Notes: generated by a model not told the origin, from the letters alone. A stretch of DNA of 64,000 nt from Tubiluchus corallicola (GCA_030141605.1 JAQGDQ010000808.1:1-64000); one strand, 5' to 3'. Counted from the stretch's first letter, positions 43,601 to 64,000 are shown. Made by a program: numbers and translations.

Positions 43601-45775
43601 TTTTTCCTGGTTTACCTAATTTTCGTATCTTTCCTATTGGCACTTCAAAGAATTTAGACAAATGACCACTGATGATTTAATTAAAGATAATGCAAGAACA
43701 TTAATGTACACAACTCACTATAAATCTCTGTCAGTTTTGTCGTTAATTCTGTTAATCTTAATCAAAACCGTTACAGTATAAAATTTAATAAGTATCAAGT
43801 TGTCCGGGGTAGACTAATGTTGCGAAAGATTTTATTTCCTTTGTTCACTCAACAAATAAAACGAAATTTTTCGCGACATTAGTCTTACACCGGACAACTT
43901 GATACTTATTAAATATGTGTCAAAGTGCCTGCTAATATTAAGTCAATTTCTTTGGTATCAAGGTTCAAAAAAAGTTTGAAAATTTGAAAATTTCCTTTTT
44001 AGATTCTTATGAAACGTTGGGCATGTATAGTACCTGTCGTCCGCACAATTCTATAAACAAATGTAAATGTATTTCCGATGTCTCATACAACAACCTCATT
44101 TTCATTCTCATGCACATCCCTTTACTAACCCAACTCTACTAATTTCCATCTGTCGGACTCTCCGTTATCACTCCCATTTGTTAACAGCAGTTTTATTAAT
44201 TGCAAAATTTTCATTACAGTAGCGCAAGCAATACTTCGTTACTACAATGCGAGCAGCAATTTATGCAGATGTCATGTTATATTCATTTTAATAAAATATT
44301 ACTTTAATTGTAATTATGAAACTTTACGTAGTTCAACAGTTATACCTTGTTTTGTTATAATTTTATATTATATTGTTATTTGGTGTTGTCAGAACAGCTA
44401 AAAAGAGAATAGCAGATAGGTTATGACGTGTGCGAAGTTACGTGCGCGCGTGTGTGTGTCTCTGTGTGCGTGTGTGTGTGCATGTATGCCTAAACAGAAT
44501 AAGTCGAAGAGAGAATCGGTAAGGTTTCCCAAAACGTTCCTGGACAACCGTTTTTTGGCTAACCATGTAGGGACTATTTTGTACGCGGTTATGCAAGATG
44601 CAGTAGTACCATTCTTTATTGGCTTGTTTCTTATGTAATTGTAGTATGTTCATCTACCTAATATAAATAACGTTCTCAATCGGCGGTTACAGGATGACGT
44701 TAACAATGCTAGTTTTACGTCATCATTGTATTTATAAGTTAGTAACTTGACTTATTAACGTGCTATAATTATGAAAGACAAGCCGATGAAGAACATTTGC
44801 ACAATGGCACTTATCGGAAATGGCATTCCAGTTATAATTAATACTTGATTTTTGCTACATCTTAGATTGAACAATTGCAAACGCGATCCTGGAAAACAGT
44901 TAGAGCGAAATCACGTCGAGCGAGGCATCGCACTGTCTTCGTTAATAATCTGTCTTCTCACTGTTAACCGTGCACAGCACTTAGTAACCACCTTAAATAT
45001 ACGTAAAACTATGCATAAAATTTTACGTAAAACCATAGCGTAAAATGGTAGTTGGTTAAATTAAAAATAATGCTTATTTACAATTTATAGATTTTTGAAT
45101 TGTACTAAATTGCAATGTAACTTTAAACTAACTTGTAATCATTGTTCATCATGTTATAAGCGTAATATCTTCATTTGTCATAATTTTTTTATTCGTGTTT
45201 TTATTGTTTTATCTTACAGTTAGATACGAAATGTAGATCCTACAGCAACACTCAATTAAATTCGCAATTTTTTTCAAGCTACGTTAATCGAACATCGAGA
45301 CTCAACCATTAGATAAAACAGTAAAATAATAAAATAAATTTCAGTCTGATCGGTTTAAGTAATAAAAAACTACAAATAAAGAGAGTTCACGGCAGGCAGC
45401 AACTCGCTCAATACTCTCTCCAAAAATTTATAAATTTCGGAATTTCTAAATGGGAAATTCAGCTTCAGTAGAGTCAATCTCTCTCAATCGACTATCATTA
45501 AAAAAACCTTAATGAAATCATAGAAAATAGATAACGAGCCATATAAAACGCGCGCATGTTTTTTGGACAACCCTGGTAGGCATTTATCCCTACTGAACAG
45601 TTCTGAACAGTATTCCTTTTGCAACTGAACTGTATCTGCTGTTTTCAAAGCTTTTGAACTTCTAATTTGATGTCTTTCCCACAATCTCCACAAACTGAGC
45701 GACAGTACTTACTTTCAATTGTGTGACCACATCTCGTATGGAAACCGCAGCTGCGGGCGACCCTCTTGCAAACAT
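37223..45775 (-). CDS. TMEM272: TMEM272-like multi-pass membrane protein, about 250 aa using the proximal first exon
   Basis: complement(join(37223-37683,39094-39153,41110-41278,45713-45775)) = 753 nt, GT-AG, phases consistent. Family-like motifs CPIQPKIPVYLLVGG, FILIWWIVGNVWLF and NFCSQSAYTISF, with four hydrophobic segments. Family assignment is from recognition, not a search. Confidence 0.8.
37893..38040. repeat. ~58-bp inverted repeat within a degenerate ~40-bp minisatellite
   Basis: GTGTGTTTCCAAGCTGAAGTAGTTACATTCTCCCCCTAAAGGTCTGCGAGATAGGTTT vs AAACCTATTTCGCAGACCTTTTGGGGGAGAATGTAACTACTCCATCTTGGAAACACAC. Confidence 0.9.
39094..39153 (-). CDS. TMEM272: TMEM272-like internal exon (TM1)
   Basis: tttttccag|ATTTTGTG...GTAG|gtaaga; YFVKGLLICLTVFPLIMLGV G. 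Confidence 0.85.
39560..39858. mobile_element. Degraded foldback MITE with GGTAAAAATGGCACA-type subrepeats
   Basis: The right arm (GTGCCATTTT..TTACCTGT repeats) is the reverse of the motif array at about 1240-1350; central TTAGGGT-like spacer. Confidence 0.45.
41110..41278 (-). CDS. TMEM272: TMEM272-like internal exon
   Basis: ttttcag|CGCAAT...ACTT|gtaagt; RNDRQDIQNLRSTQYLESQDSTAQYSSRVYLLSEAAEEAEGLCDFLFRAIQIISET. Confidence 0.8.
41766..41900. repeat. 45-bp tandem repeat, 3 copies
   Basis: TTAACAAGCCTCAAAAAGTCGATGCCCACTCTGCCTAACATTAAG at 41766, 41811 and 41856. Confidence 0.97.
43783..43914. repeat. 132-bp near-perfect palindrome (hairpin/foldback element)
   Basis: ATTTAATAAGTATCAAGTTGTCCGG..GACTAATGTTGCGAAA pairs with TTTCGCGACATTAGTC..CCGGACAACTTGATACTTATTAAAT. 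Confidence 0.92.
45713..45775 (-). CDS. TMEM272: TMEM272-like candidate proximal first coding exon
   Basis: ATG...MFARGSPAAAVSIRDVVTQLK|gtaagt, phase 0, locally GC-rich. Confidence 0.55.
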
Positions 45776-48700
45776 TCTTGATAAGACTATAAACTGAGAT
45801 TGATATAACGAATATTACTGATATGCTTTAACTATCTTATCAAAACCAATCGACGACATTGTTATCTCTCAGAAGTTGACAAGCACACTCATATGATTTA
45901 GGTCTTTATGAGGCCATAAAACGATGTGATTTTGATTGCTCTCATTAATTATATAAAATTAATCACTTTAAGATTGAATGACAAATGCTAAGAACTCGAC
46001 GCAGCTGGAGACAAACACTCACTAGTCTACGCGCACTACAACATACTACAGAGAAGAAACTACCAATATCATCACTGAACATCATATTAATGGCGGGGCA
46101 GAGATTTCATGACGAATGTTATAACCCTTTCGCTTCGCAATGCCTCATAGTTACAGTTGCATTTATCCACATTAGCAGTAAAATATAATCCCAACTAGAT
46201 TAAAAAATCTTGTTTGATGATCTAAAATAAAAATAGTAACTTGTGTTGTTGTATACAAACAAAATAATTATGAATTGTTTTTTGTTTTTCCTAGCACTGC
46301 CCCTGCGCTGCGCCATTTTGTAGCCAATGTATTAAAATATTAAACGTGCAATCTTCGTAATGGATTAACTTTGCCTATGCTTAATTACCGGCGTCGAAAC
46401 GAAATAATCAAAGTTCTGCCGTTTTTCTGACAGTTTTTTGACATCTGTATTACATGTTACTTAAAACGACACCACCATCACCATCATTTTTTGATTTTGT
46501 TGTCGCTCTCATAATCGTTGTGGTTATCATTATAATGATTACAATAGTTTTTTCCAGTATCTCGCAGTTTTTACTTTCCGCTGATAGGACTCTTGGGAAT
46601 TTTTTATGCGCTCAGTGGGCAGGGACTACTAAAGTGAATGATTGTGGTCACCCTAGCAACTTTGCTCGGTATCAGTTCTTTAAGACGAAACAGTGAACTT
46701 GTCTTAACATGATGAAAGCCATAACCGGTATGACGCATAAATCTTCTCAGAGCGTTATATTGAGCTCGTTGATCAACCATCCATCCACTGACCGGATAGA
46801 AACTGGAGTTAAAGATTAAAAGTGCTTGATGATAAGGTTAAATGAGAAATATATAGATTTTAGTACTTTAATTGGTGCCAGGCTGCATCAAGATTTGCCT
46901 ACACTTTTTTCTCTTTTCTCAATTATGGTTAGTTTATTGCCTACTGTCATCAGCTGTAGCAGTAGCAGTAGCAGCAGCAACAACAACAACAACGGCAACG
47001 ATAGCGACAGCAGCGACAGCAGAACAGCTCCACAGTACAACAACAGCTGTAGTGGCAAAGGTTTCCCAGAACTATGCACAAAGTGAAAGAATCAATCTTC
47101 TCGAAATTGAGTTTAAGTAGCGAATATTCTCCAATACACAACAAAGTGCTTTTATAACAACCTTTAATTTGGTAAAGAGTTAAGATCAATCGCGGTTGAA
47201 TGGGAAAATACGGTTTTATTGAGTGAAAGACATCAAAGCCCTTCATTGCATATGAACCGTCAGTTCTTGTTGAGCAAACTGAAGGTTTTTATATGCAACA
47301 CTTGCGTTTCTTTGAATGTGGTGGATGGATATTGAAAGAATTCTTTGTGACTCGCCACTACGAACCTGTAGGCAAACAGGCATTATGGATTAAGTCTCAT
47401 GAAGATATGTGCGGCTGAAGATAAAGGTAAGAATAGCGGAAACCTTCACAATGACTTGAGGCCAAATTTCGTGATGTTTGTGACAGCGGTGCTGAAAATA
47501 ATGTTGATAGTGAGGTTTGATAATCACAAAAATCCCATTCTGTTATTGTTTTTTGGTGATAATAATGATGTGACAATGATGACCATGACGACAACGACGG
47601 CGATGATAATGACGATGATGATAATCGCGACGAAATGAAATAAGATAGGAAAACAATAAAAAAAATAAATAGTAGCAAAGGTACTGTGCTATTTGAAGCA
47701 TAAAATTAAAGCAAAGTATCTTAGGTCACGTACATACTAGAAATGTTTTACTGGATTCAGGATGGTTAGACACAAATAGAAAAACAAGTTTCTCAAAAAC
47801 AGTTAACGTTTTACTTCAAGCAGAAATACGCTCCTTCAAAGTGACCATAAAATATATTCCTTACTATCTTAACGATCTCTTTCCGGAAGCCACTCCACTA
47901 CGAACCGGCCTCCGAAATAAAATACTTAGCGACGCTTTTAAAGGCTATGGGACTGCTAAGTTGTTGAACGACGAGAAGGTATATTTCAAGAAAGTGAGGT
48001 CGGTCGCTTAAAGAAGTGAAAACCTTAAAGTATCCTTTATGCAAGTAAATATAAAGATTTAAAACAAATGTAGGTACCTATAAGCTATGGGACTTATAGG
48101 GAGTAGGTTACATAACTCCCTATAAGCTAAGCAAGTTATCTACTAGCGTTACATAAAATTGGAAATAAATAAAAAACTAAAATTATATGAATGCTATCTT
48201 TTCAGCAACATATGACCAGGTACTCAGCTAAGGCTGAGTATCTCTAAGAAGTCAGCCAGAAAGCCTCATTCAATTGATAAATTACTTAAAAACCCTGACA
48301 TGAGTGGCAATCGAACACAGTACCTCTGGATCGGTAAACAAAAGTCGTAACCACTTGAAAACTGCGCTTTTCGTTAAAAATGAAATATTGGAAAACTGCT
48401 TTATTGAGCTTTTGATTCACATAATCTAGGTATTTAGAAAAATGAGTTGATTCGAAAATCGTGTGCTTTCTCTAGTCTCGTAAAAATTTCCTTTCGTGGA
48501 TAGGAAATACCCGATTGTCCAGTTAAGAATGCAAAACTAATTATTATAAGAGCGTTGATGTGGGGAAGAAAAGATAAATAGACTGATAATGATTCTTACA
48601 GCGTCTCTGAATCAAATTGGGTTTCACTTATTAGCGGCGTCTAGGTAGAACAGCTCAAATTCTGTTTTCTCATGCTCTTCCTGTGGGCACAGAACAGCCC

Positions 48701-48780
48701 AACACTAAGACCACGGATAAAAGTATCATTTTGACGTGGATAGGAGCACATGAATGATTGGATAATATTCAACCGGATAC

Positions 48781-49340
48781 TTAAAGGATAACCGGACCCC
48801 AACCTTAAACTATAGCTCAAAACAAGCTAATCTGTAAAATGATTAATGAAAACAATGTTTTTCTATGAATGACTTGCACGAAAGAAATATGGCCTCAGAA
48901 GCGTGATTTCATGAACACGCGGCCAATTCTTTGCTGTTACATGCATTTCACCATTTGTTAGTTAGATGGGTACCAGCGCGTGCATCTCACAAGCACGTTG
49001 CGCAAAAACAGCCGCTGTACGTCTCAGTTCAGATATGTTCAGTTGCGATGTGGCGCACACGTTCACAAGCTCAAACGTGAACACAGCGATAAACTTGAGA
49101 TTTAAATTTTAAACTTGAAATTTGCTGACCTTTGTGTTTCAGACTGAATGTTGTACAGTAGCACTGTGCTTCAAATTTCGCTTTCGTAGACACGTGGGAC
49201 CCCGGCAGTTAAATAAGTTCTTAACCTAATATTTAGTTATCAGAAACACTTTGTCTTTACTTTATATGTTAAGATATATACTTTTTAGCGTACTTCAAAG
49301 CGGGTTAGGATATGTAAAATATGGCCATGTAGCATTTTGA
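48781..49340. mobile_element. Kolobok/T2-like MITE family B, diverged copy
   Basis: Starts TTAAAGGATAACCGGACC; shares ACATGCATTTC.CC.TT.GTTAGTTAGAT..CAGCG..TGCATCTC and AGTAGCACTGT with 21053-21682. Confidence 0.65.
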
Positions 49341-50169
49341 CTACCTAGATGATCGGCAGACAAAGCCGCCTTGAACGCTGTTGAGTTGGTTTCAAGTTTG
49401 TCTACTACTAGGTGCTCCAAATTCAATCTTTTTACGTCTTATTCCAGCAATCTTCATAATTAATGCTGTTTCCAGGACTTTTTCTCGTAATATGCGATCA
49501 TAATCAATTCATTATTTGGCTAACATAACGCTATTACCTACGTAGAACGTACAGCACTTTGTAATTAAAAATTAAACATAAAAATAACAATGTTTTCATA
49601 GTGATTGCGTAACCTTTAAAATGAGCGGGAAAACTTTGATCGCATTTATATTATCATTGTCTTACATACACCTGTAACGTTGATGACATATGTTTCCACA
49701 GGACAACAGCAAACGTCTGTACAGTGCATCAGTCAGAGAATGTTTATCTCGATTATAAAGTCTTTGATTTGATCGACCTTTTCCAGCACCAAATAAAAAA
49801 CAGAGTTATGGAAAAAGCCGACCTTTTGTCGAAATTTTAGACACACCTTTTAAGCAAACCTTTAAAGTCGTTCTACACTTCTGTAGACTTTGCATATCTA
49901 ATTTTTAAGGAATTCGTCTCCGAGTTGATTCTGGCACGGCTAGGGCAATTTTTTGCCTAGTTCGGAACATTTTGGAGTTTAACAGGTTACAGTGCTAACA
50001 CCGCGCGATTGCATATATCACCACAGAAAATTATTTTGCAATACACCAATATTACTGTGAACAGACGTGGTCGATTAGCAAAATTATACAGTACAAACGC
50101 GGGCGAATGAAGGGTGGAACAAATGAATTATGAAAAACTGAACGATTGACTGATTGGTGGATTTATTGA

Positions 50170-51063
50170 ACGAATAAACGAATGACTGAATGAATGAATG
50201 AACGAACGAAATGAGTGAGTGAGTGAGTGAGTGAGTGAGTCAGTGAGTGAGTGAGTGAGTGAGTGAGTGAGTGAGTGAGTGAGTGACTGACTGACTGACT
50301 GACTGACTGACTGACTGACTGACTGACTGACTGACTGACTGACTGAATGAATGAATGAATGAATGAATGAATGAATGAATGAATGAATGAATGAATGAAT
50401 GAATAAATGAATGAATGAATGAATAAATGAATGAATGAATAAATGAATTAATTAGTGAATCAAATTATAAATGGAGTAGACGAATGAATAAATGAATGAG
50501 TAGTCAACAAATGAATAATATTTATAATTAGACCAATCAACTCAAATCCATCCAAATGTAAATAAAACAACTGCTCAACTATCTAGCCATCCAGCCAGCT
50601 AACTAACTAATTAACCAACCAACCAACCGACCAACAACCAATAAATCAACCAATCATCAACTAAACAACTCGCCAACTATCCAAAAAACCAACCAACCGA
50701 TCAATCAACCAACTATCAAATAAACAAACAACAGAACAAACAAGGAAACAAAACAACCAACAAAGAGACGAACAAACTAGCACACACGCACACACACACA
50801 TGCATACATGCACGCACGCATCCACAAACAAACTAATGAGCACACACACGCACGCACGCACGCACACACACATGCACACACACACGCATCCACAAACAAA
50901 CAAATGAGCACACACACACACACACACACACGCACGCACGCACGCACGCACGCACACACATGCATACATGCACGCACGCATCCACAAACAAACTAATGAG
51001 CACACACATACACACACACACACACACACACGCGCACGCACGCACGCACTCACGCACGCACGC

Positions 51064-51109
<46 letters not shown>

Positions 51110-51110
51110 A
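50170..51110. repeat. Compound microsatellite block (GAAT/GAAC/GAGT/GACT, then CCAA/CAAA, then CA/CGCA)
   Basis: Direct observation; includes repeated CGCATCCACAAACAAAC.AATGAGCAC modules. Confidence 0.97.
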
Positions 51111-51963
51111 CTCACAAACAAAACGAATGAGCACGAGGAACGAAGAAATGGCCAATAATTTCAATAAACGAATAAAGACGAAATGCAAGCAGTGAGCGTA
51201 CCCAACGTTGCCTTACAGTATAATCTACAAGTGCAAACAACAGCCCGGTTATTCATCAAATTTAATAACCTCCCGGGAGTTATGCACTCTGACGTGCTTT
51301 AACAATGTTCATCAGTTCTAATATGCTAAACCATTTGGGTATAATAATGTAGTTTACGCAACGCTGAACTTAATTTCTTTAAGTGCGAATTCTTATTGAC
51401 GCAATGCAAGTTAACGGGTTAATGCACAGTCTATACACTAGTCTACCGTGCCTAGGGTCATATTGATAGCACATCGATTTATTTTTTCTGTACGAGGCTG
51501 AAATTTAGGATTCAGCACAAGTATAGCTGAAATTTTTTCGGCAAACTTTTTGTTTCAGACTTTCAGTTAAATATCTCGAGTAGCTAGTTCAGTAGCTTTG
51601 ATACGCAGACATGCGATGCTATATGATTGTTGTACAAGGCTTAGCAGAAATCCATTGAGCAGGGTAAAATTATAGATCTAAATAATAGTTATAGATTCTA
51701 GAGATATTTAATATATCTTTACTATAACTGTAATAATATAACTTTACTTTTGCATCTTGAGTTTCAATAAATCTGTTAAGCTAATTTTGATGTGGTAAAT
51801 TGGTTATTTAGGGAGTATATGAGCTAAACAAAAATGATGTAAAAAGGACATCGCAATATGTGTGGGAAATGTTAATAATAGATTCGCATGCATTGTAAAG
51901 TATAGGTCCTTATCATAACAAGTTACATAATTACACAATCATATTGTTAGAATTTTGTTTTAC

Positions 51964-52104
51964 TTGTCGTTCTGGTGGTGTGAGGCTATGAATGGTTTCT
52001 GGTCCCAATTCGGATGTCTCGCTCGATGTTGGCTTTGTCGGAGGTGGTTTTCGAGCTTGCCGTTTCGGTCGCACTCGTGACCCGACGCGCAACATTTGTG
52101 CCAT
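51964..52104 (-). CDS. TMEM272: TMEM272-like candidate distal first coding exon
   Basis: gccATGG Kozak context; MAQMLRVGSRVRPKRQARKPPPTKPTSSETSELGPETIHSLTPPERQ|gtaaaa, phase 0, CpG-rich. Confidence 0.6.
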
Positions 52105-53965
52105 GGCGAAAACTACACGAAAATAATTATACTTTCGTAATCGGGGAAATATATTATATCGTTATTTCTGAAAATTCATCGAAATAGGCTTTTTTCACCA
52201 GCTTCAAGGTCACGTGCGTTTTTAAGCAAACATTAGTTAACACCTGTCTATAATGAGCAACACTATCACTAAGAGCAAATAGAAATACACCTGCACGTAT
52301 AAATGCTATTGTGACGTTACAGCTGTGTTTCCGATTTTCACCATTGCGGAAACAAACGCACACTAAAAAACATCAAGTGAGACACACGCCGTAGAATTAA
52401 CTACAAGCTGATCGTCTTGTTATACATTTCTGAAAAAAAGACCCTTGAAATTCCATCCAGACGAAAAACATACAATTCCCAATGCGACTGTTGATGTCAC
52501 TTTGTACGCATGCGCACTTTATATTGCAGATCTAATTTTTACGAATATAAATTCACAGTTATTGTATCTAAGTTGCTGACTTAGGCGCCGAAGGAATTCT
52601 TCTAAAATTTGGCTTCTCTTTCCGCCAGTTGTATACTGCACGGAGTAAGGAGGAAATCGCCATGCTCCGCTGATTAGTCAACACGCATGACACGTGAGTG
52701 TGACGTGCACATATTCGGCTTTTGAAATGCTGAGAAGCCGTAAAAATGTTGTAAAAAGCTAAGATGAAATCTTCAGACAAAGATTTAAAAAGTGTGAAAA
52801 TAACTAATGCGACTTGAATATAAACAGAAAACAGACCAAAATGAACCAAGGAAACTGAGTCGAAAATCCCGTTGAACTGTTCTTGTGTTGATTAGACTTT
52901 TAATGCACATTTGTTTAGTTTTTAAGTTTATTTAAATAAGACTACATAACTACTAGTTTAACAATAATATTAAAAGACTCGCAGCATATTTTTTCATAAA
53001 TGCAAATAATTATACAAGGTGGATCGTCATAACATTTCATCGCTGGCACCAATATCAAACGCATGTGGTAGAGATGTGCCAGATTAAAGGCAACAATGGG
53101 CGTGCTTTCAAAATAATCACAACTTGTTCAGTAAGCGCAGGATATGGTAAAAATGACAAAAATTGTCGAGAAAAATCGCAAAAAGTTACCGCAAGGAAAA
53201 CACAAAAGCAGGTACACGCCCAACAAATTTAATTCATACGCATATACAAAAATTTATGTACATTTAAGGGGTGCTACAAGTAACAATGACGTTCTCAGCA
53301 AACTTTTCTGTTTCACAGTTACAAAAATAAACACAAGAGAAGGGTGGGTTGCAGGTCTTCTTTTTTTGTTCACTAATTAGATCAATGGGCATTCGAGTCC
53401 AAGTTCGAACGAATCTTACTTGCACTAAATGCAACGTTTGCTGGTGTGAGAAAAAAGCTAGTAAGTGCAACCGTTTTCGTTTGATATCAGTCAGAATCCG
53501 TTTTCTTTGAAATCTAGCTATGATACACTTGACCACTGGCCGTCCATTTAACATTTAATGTAGCCGCTAATACCAGCGACTTACATACTCCCGAGTTATT
53601 TATCGATTTCAACAGTTACACATGTGGATTAGTGAGGAGATTGCACTCAAGTGACTTTTGCTTAATTATACATTAGCATAATTACAACGTACTAGATTAA
53701 TTGTGTTCTTCTGTATAGCTAGTAACGAAATTGGTCTCTGGTTGCATATGTTTGGTCTCAAGGACGAACAAGACGTAACAGACAACATAGATTATTTTAC
53801 TTATGAATGAGTAGGGTGAAAATTATTTATGAAACTCGCTGTGCCATTTCAAGAAACGATTGAAATCAGTTGAAATAAAAAAATTAAATCGAAGACCAAT
53901 GAATAAATAAACGAATAAACGAATTAAGAATTTCAGGCGGTGCAGTAAATTCAAGAGAAGACAGA

Positions 53966-54270
<305 letters not shown>

Positions 54271-54610
54271 AGGGAAAGACGGATAGAAAACAACAAAATC
54301 TAGGGAAGAAAAGAGTGATCACACAGAGGAAAGATGACGTAAGAGAGGAATGAAAGAGCGGGGCCGTAGAGCACATTTCAATGGCACAAACAGTTATAGA
54401 GATGCAACCAAGAATTATTTCATTATTATCCGAGCGCTTTCTGTGAGCGACACCATCACCAGGGAACAGAAACAACCAACTACAATTAAAAAAATTAAAG
54501 AAAGTAAAATAAAATAAAATGCGATGAATTATAGTGAGAAAACAAACAATTCTGATGCGACACTAAACAAATTGCGGATTAACCAGTACCGCAGGGATGC
54601 CGAAAACAAA

Positions 54611-55262
54611 ATTTGTAACTGAATACTCAAAATTATCTAGGATCATTCAGTAATTACAATAAAGAAATTACTTTAAATTTGTAACTGAATACTCAAAATT
54701 ATCTAGGTTCATTCAGTAGGATCAATAAAAAATTACTTTGAATTTGTAACTGAGTATTCAAAATTATCTAGGATCATTCGGCAATTGCAATAAATAAATT
54801 ACTTTAAATTTGTAACTGAATACTCAAAATTATCTAGGATCATTCAGTAATTACAATAAAGGAATCATTTTAAATTTGTAACTGAGTACTTAAAATTATC
54901 TAGGTTCATTCAGTAGGATCAATAAAAAATTACTTTGAATTTGTAACTGAGTATTCAAAATTATCTAGGATCATTCGGCAATTGCAATAAATAAATTACT
55001 TTAAATTTGTAACTGAATACTCAAAATTATCTAGGATCATTCAGTAATTACAATAAAGGAATCATTTTAAATTTGTAACTGAGTACTTAAAATTATCTAG
55101 GTTCATTCAGTAGGATCAATAAAAAATTACTTTGAATTTGTAACTGAGTATTCAAAATTATCTAGGATCATTCGGCAATTGCAATAAAGGAATTACTTTA
55201 AATTTGTAACTGAATACTCAAAATTATCTAGGATCATTCAGCATTTACAATAAAGAAATTAC
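54611..55262. repeat. 65-66-bp minisatellite, 10 units, with a 197-bp higher-order period
   Basis: ATTTGTAACT recurs at 54611, 54677, 54742, 54808, 54874, 54939, 55005, 55071, 55136 and 55202. Confidence 0.97.
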
Positions 55263-55914
55263 AAAGACAAACCTGAACTTACAGATTAAAAGGTTGCGAG
55301 ATAGTAAAAAGCGATACATTTTTAGTCTGTGGTCAGTCTGCTATGTGTATGGGACACAAAGTATCTAAGTCAGTTTGCATATTGTTGTATGTATAGTCTA
55401 ATTTCATGCTCTCTCTCCCTTCTCCTAGTACTATTCACATTGAGCTGACTCAACGACAAGGTCCTACAATTACACCGCTGCATGTAAAATGTCATTACGT
55501 CGACTTTTTCATGTTCTTTTCTTCTGGAAATTTTCCTCACAAAAAGAGAGCGTTCTTTACACTTGAGATGAAGGAGTAATTAGTAGTCCTATAATGCAAG
55601 CTCGTAATCACATTGCTTTTGCGAAATTAGGTTTCTCCGTAACGTAAAGGCAATGAAGCTCACAGAAGCTCCTACACTCCTGTATCGATCATCATTGCCC
55701 CCTTTTCTGGGAGATTCTCAGAGGCTACATTAGCATCTGAATACTAGGAGAAAATTCCCACTTGCTATTCTAGCACTTGATTCTGGTAATCCGATTCTCA
55801 TTACATAACCTGCACAAAACAACCAGAGTTGTAAATTTCTGCGGTTGAATGATAATGTCAAAAGGTGCTCACAATGGTCACGAATGAGATCTATGTTGAA
55901 TTACGAGTTTTTGT

Positions 55915-56101
<187 letters not shown>

Positions 56102-56881
56102 AGCGAGAGGGAGAGGAAGAGCCCGAAAAAAGAGAGACAGGCAGGAAGAAAAAATATTTTTCTGCATAGAAAACCAGTCCAAATGGAGCGGAGCATTAAG
56201 TAAAAAATGTTGTGATAAGAACTAGAAAGTAATTTGTCGCCTTCCGGCACTTGCTATATTATATTGTTTTCATAGTGGATGGAATGTTTCACTTTCATTT
56301 ATAGAAAAAATGTTGTGAACAGTGACAAAATGTAGCATGTAGTCATGCAGGCCAACAAACCTGTTTATATTTGCCATATTTTAACCCATGTATATTTAAC
56401 AACACAATATTTACAAGGCATGAGCGGTGCGTAAAGAAAACTTTTGGCGCTTTTATTATGTCAGACGTTTCTAGTTGGCATATACCTATGACATATACTT
56501 GAATCGTTATACATTCTTTATTATTATCTCTCTTATGACAGTTTTCAGAAATTTCATTCGTCGTTTCGGAGATCTTACCCCATAAAAGTGACGAAGTTCA
56601 TAATTCAAATGCGCATTCATAAGAAAATACTATCAAGCCAGTTCTTCATGTAAATGTCAATAGACTAAATAAGAGACAATAACGCAATTTGCTGATATTG
56701 TAATGATATCTCGATATTTTTGGTACGAGGATTTACGCTTTTTCTGCTAGTAAATCAATGAAATGCAAACTACTAACTCCAATACGGACTACGTAAATAC
56801 GATGCTGCTCTTTTTGCTTATTTTGCACGTTGTAAAGGCATATAGTTAATATCACAAAGGCTAAACCTATTTGAAATCAAC

Positions 56882-63782
<6,901 letters not shown>

Positions 63783-64000
63783 CTTTTAAGAAACAAATAA
63801 CTGCACTTGAACCGTAATTAGCCTAACGATTTTAATGCGGGATAGTATAAGCTAGAATTCTTCAGCGCAAACTGGGTTCAATCGCAATAAGCAAATACAC
63901 TTGGACGTGAATGAATGCTCAACTGTGACGTTCTTCTGACAACTTCTTCGCAGCCTGCTAAGGTTGTGGGTACTGGGGCAGCGGCTACGATTGTATCTCG

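Noticed and set aside
54611-55262. CRISPR-like array (also 36234-36516 and 41766-41900)
   Set aside because: Units are head-to-tail with no unique spacers, there are no cas genes, and the context is eukaryotic.
63890-64000. GC-rich open stretch on the minus strand at the window edge as the next esterase exon
   Set aside because: It lacks the expected EDCLYLN motif and a convincing phase-0 donor, and is truncated by the window.

Overview
AT-rich, intron- and microsatellite-rich animal genomic DNA. It looks invertebrate, but the taxon cannot be fixed from sequence alone. Almost all ORFs in the supplied track are artefacts. Manual splice-aware reading recovers three genes. (1) A complete 14-coding-exon tryptophan 2,3-dioxygenase (TDO2/vermilion, + strand, 16360-34408, 411 aa) with its catalytic motifs intact. 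(2) A TMEM272-like membrane protein (- strand, stop at 37223) with two candidate in-frame first exons (45713-45775 and 51964-52104). (3) The 3' eight exons of a type-B carboxyl/cholinesterase (- strand, 56882-63782, 5' end outside the window) with an intact Ser-Glu-His triad, an acidic stalk, an RFKR furin-type site and a C-terminal TM anchor. The rest is non-autonomous DNA transposons (Tc2/pogo-like, hAT, Kolobok/T2-like, Tigger-like, Helentron-associated), some nested, plus tandem repeats including a 197-bp higher-order minisatellite. I found no rRNA, intact tRNA, CRISPR array or clear new multi-gene system. The best leads are the sheddable membrane-anchored esterase, two complementary transposon deletion derivatives, alternative first exons and a possible GC donor. 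All coordinates were counted by hand and may be off by a few bases.
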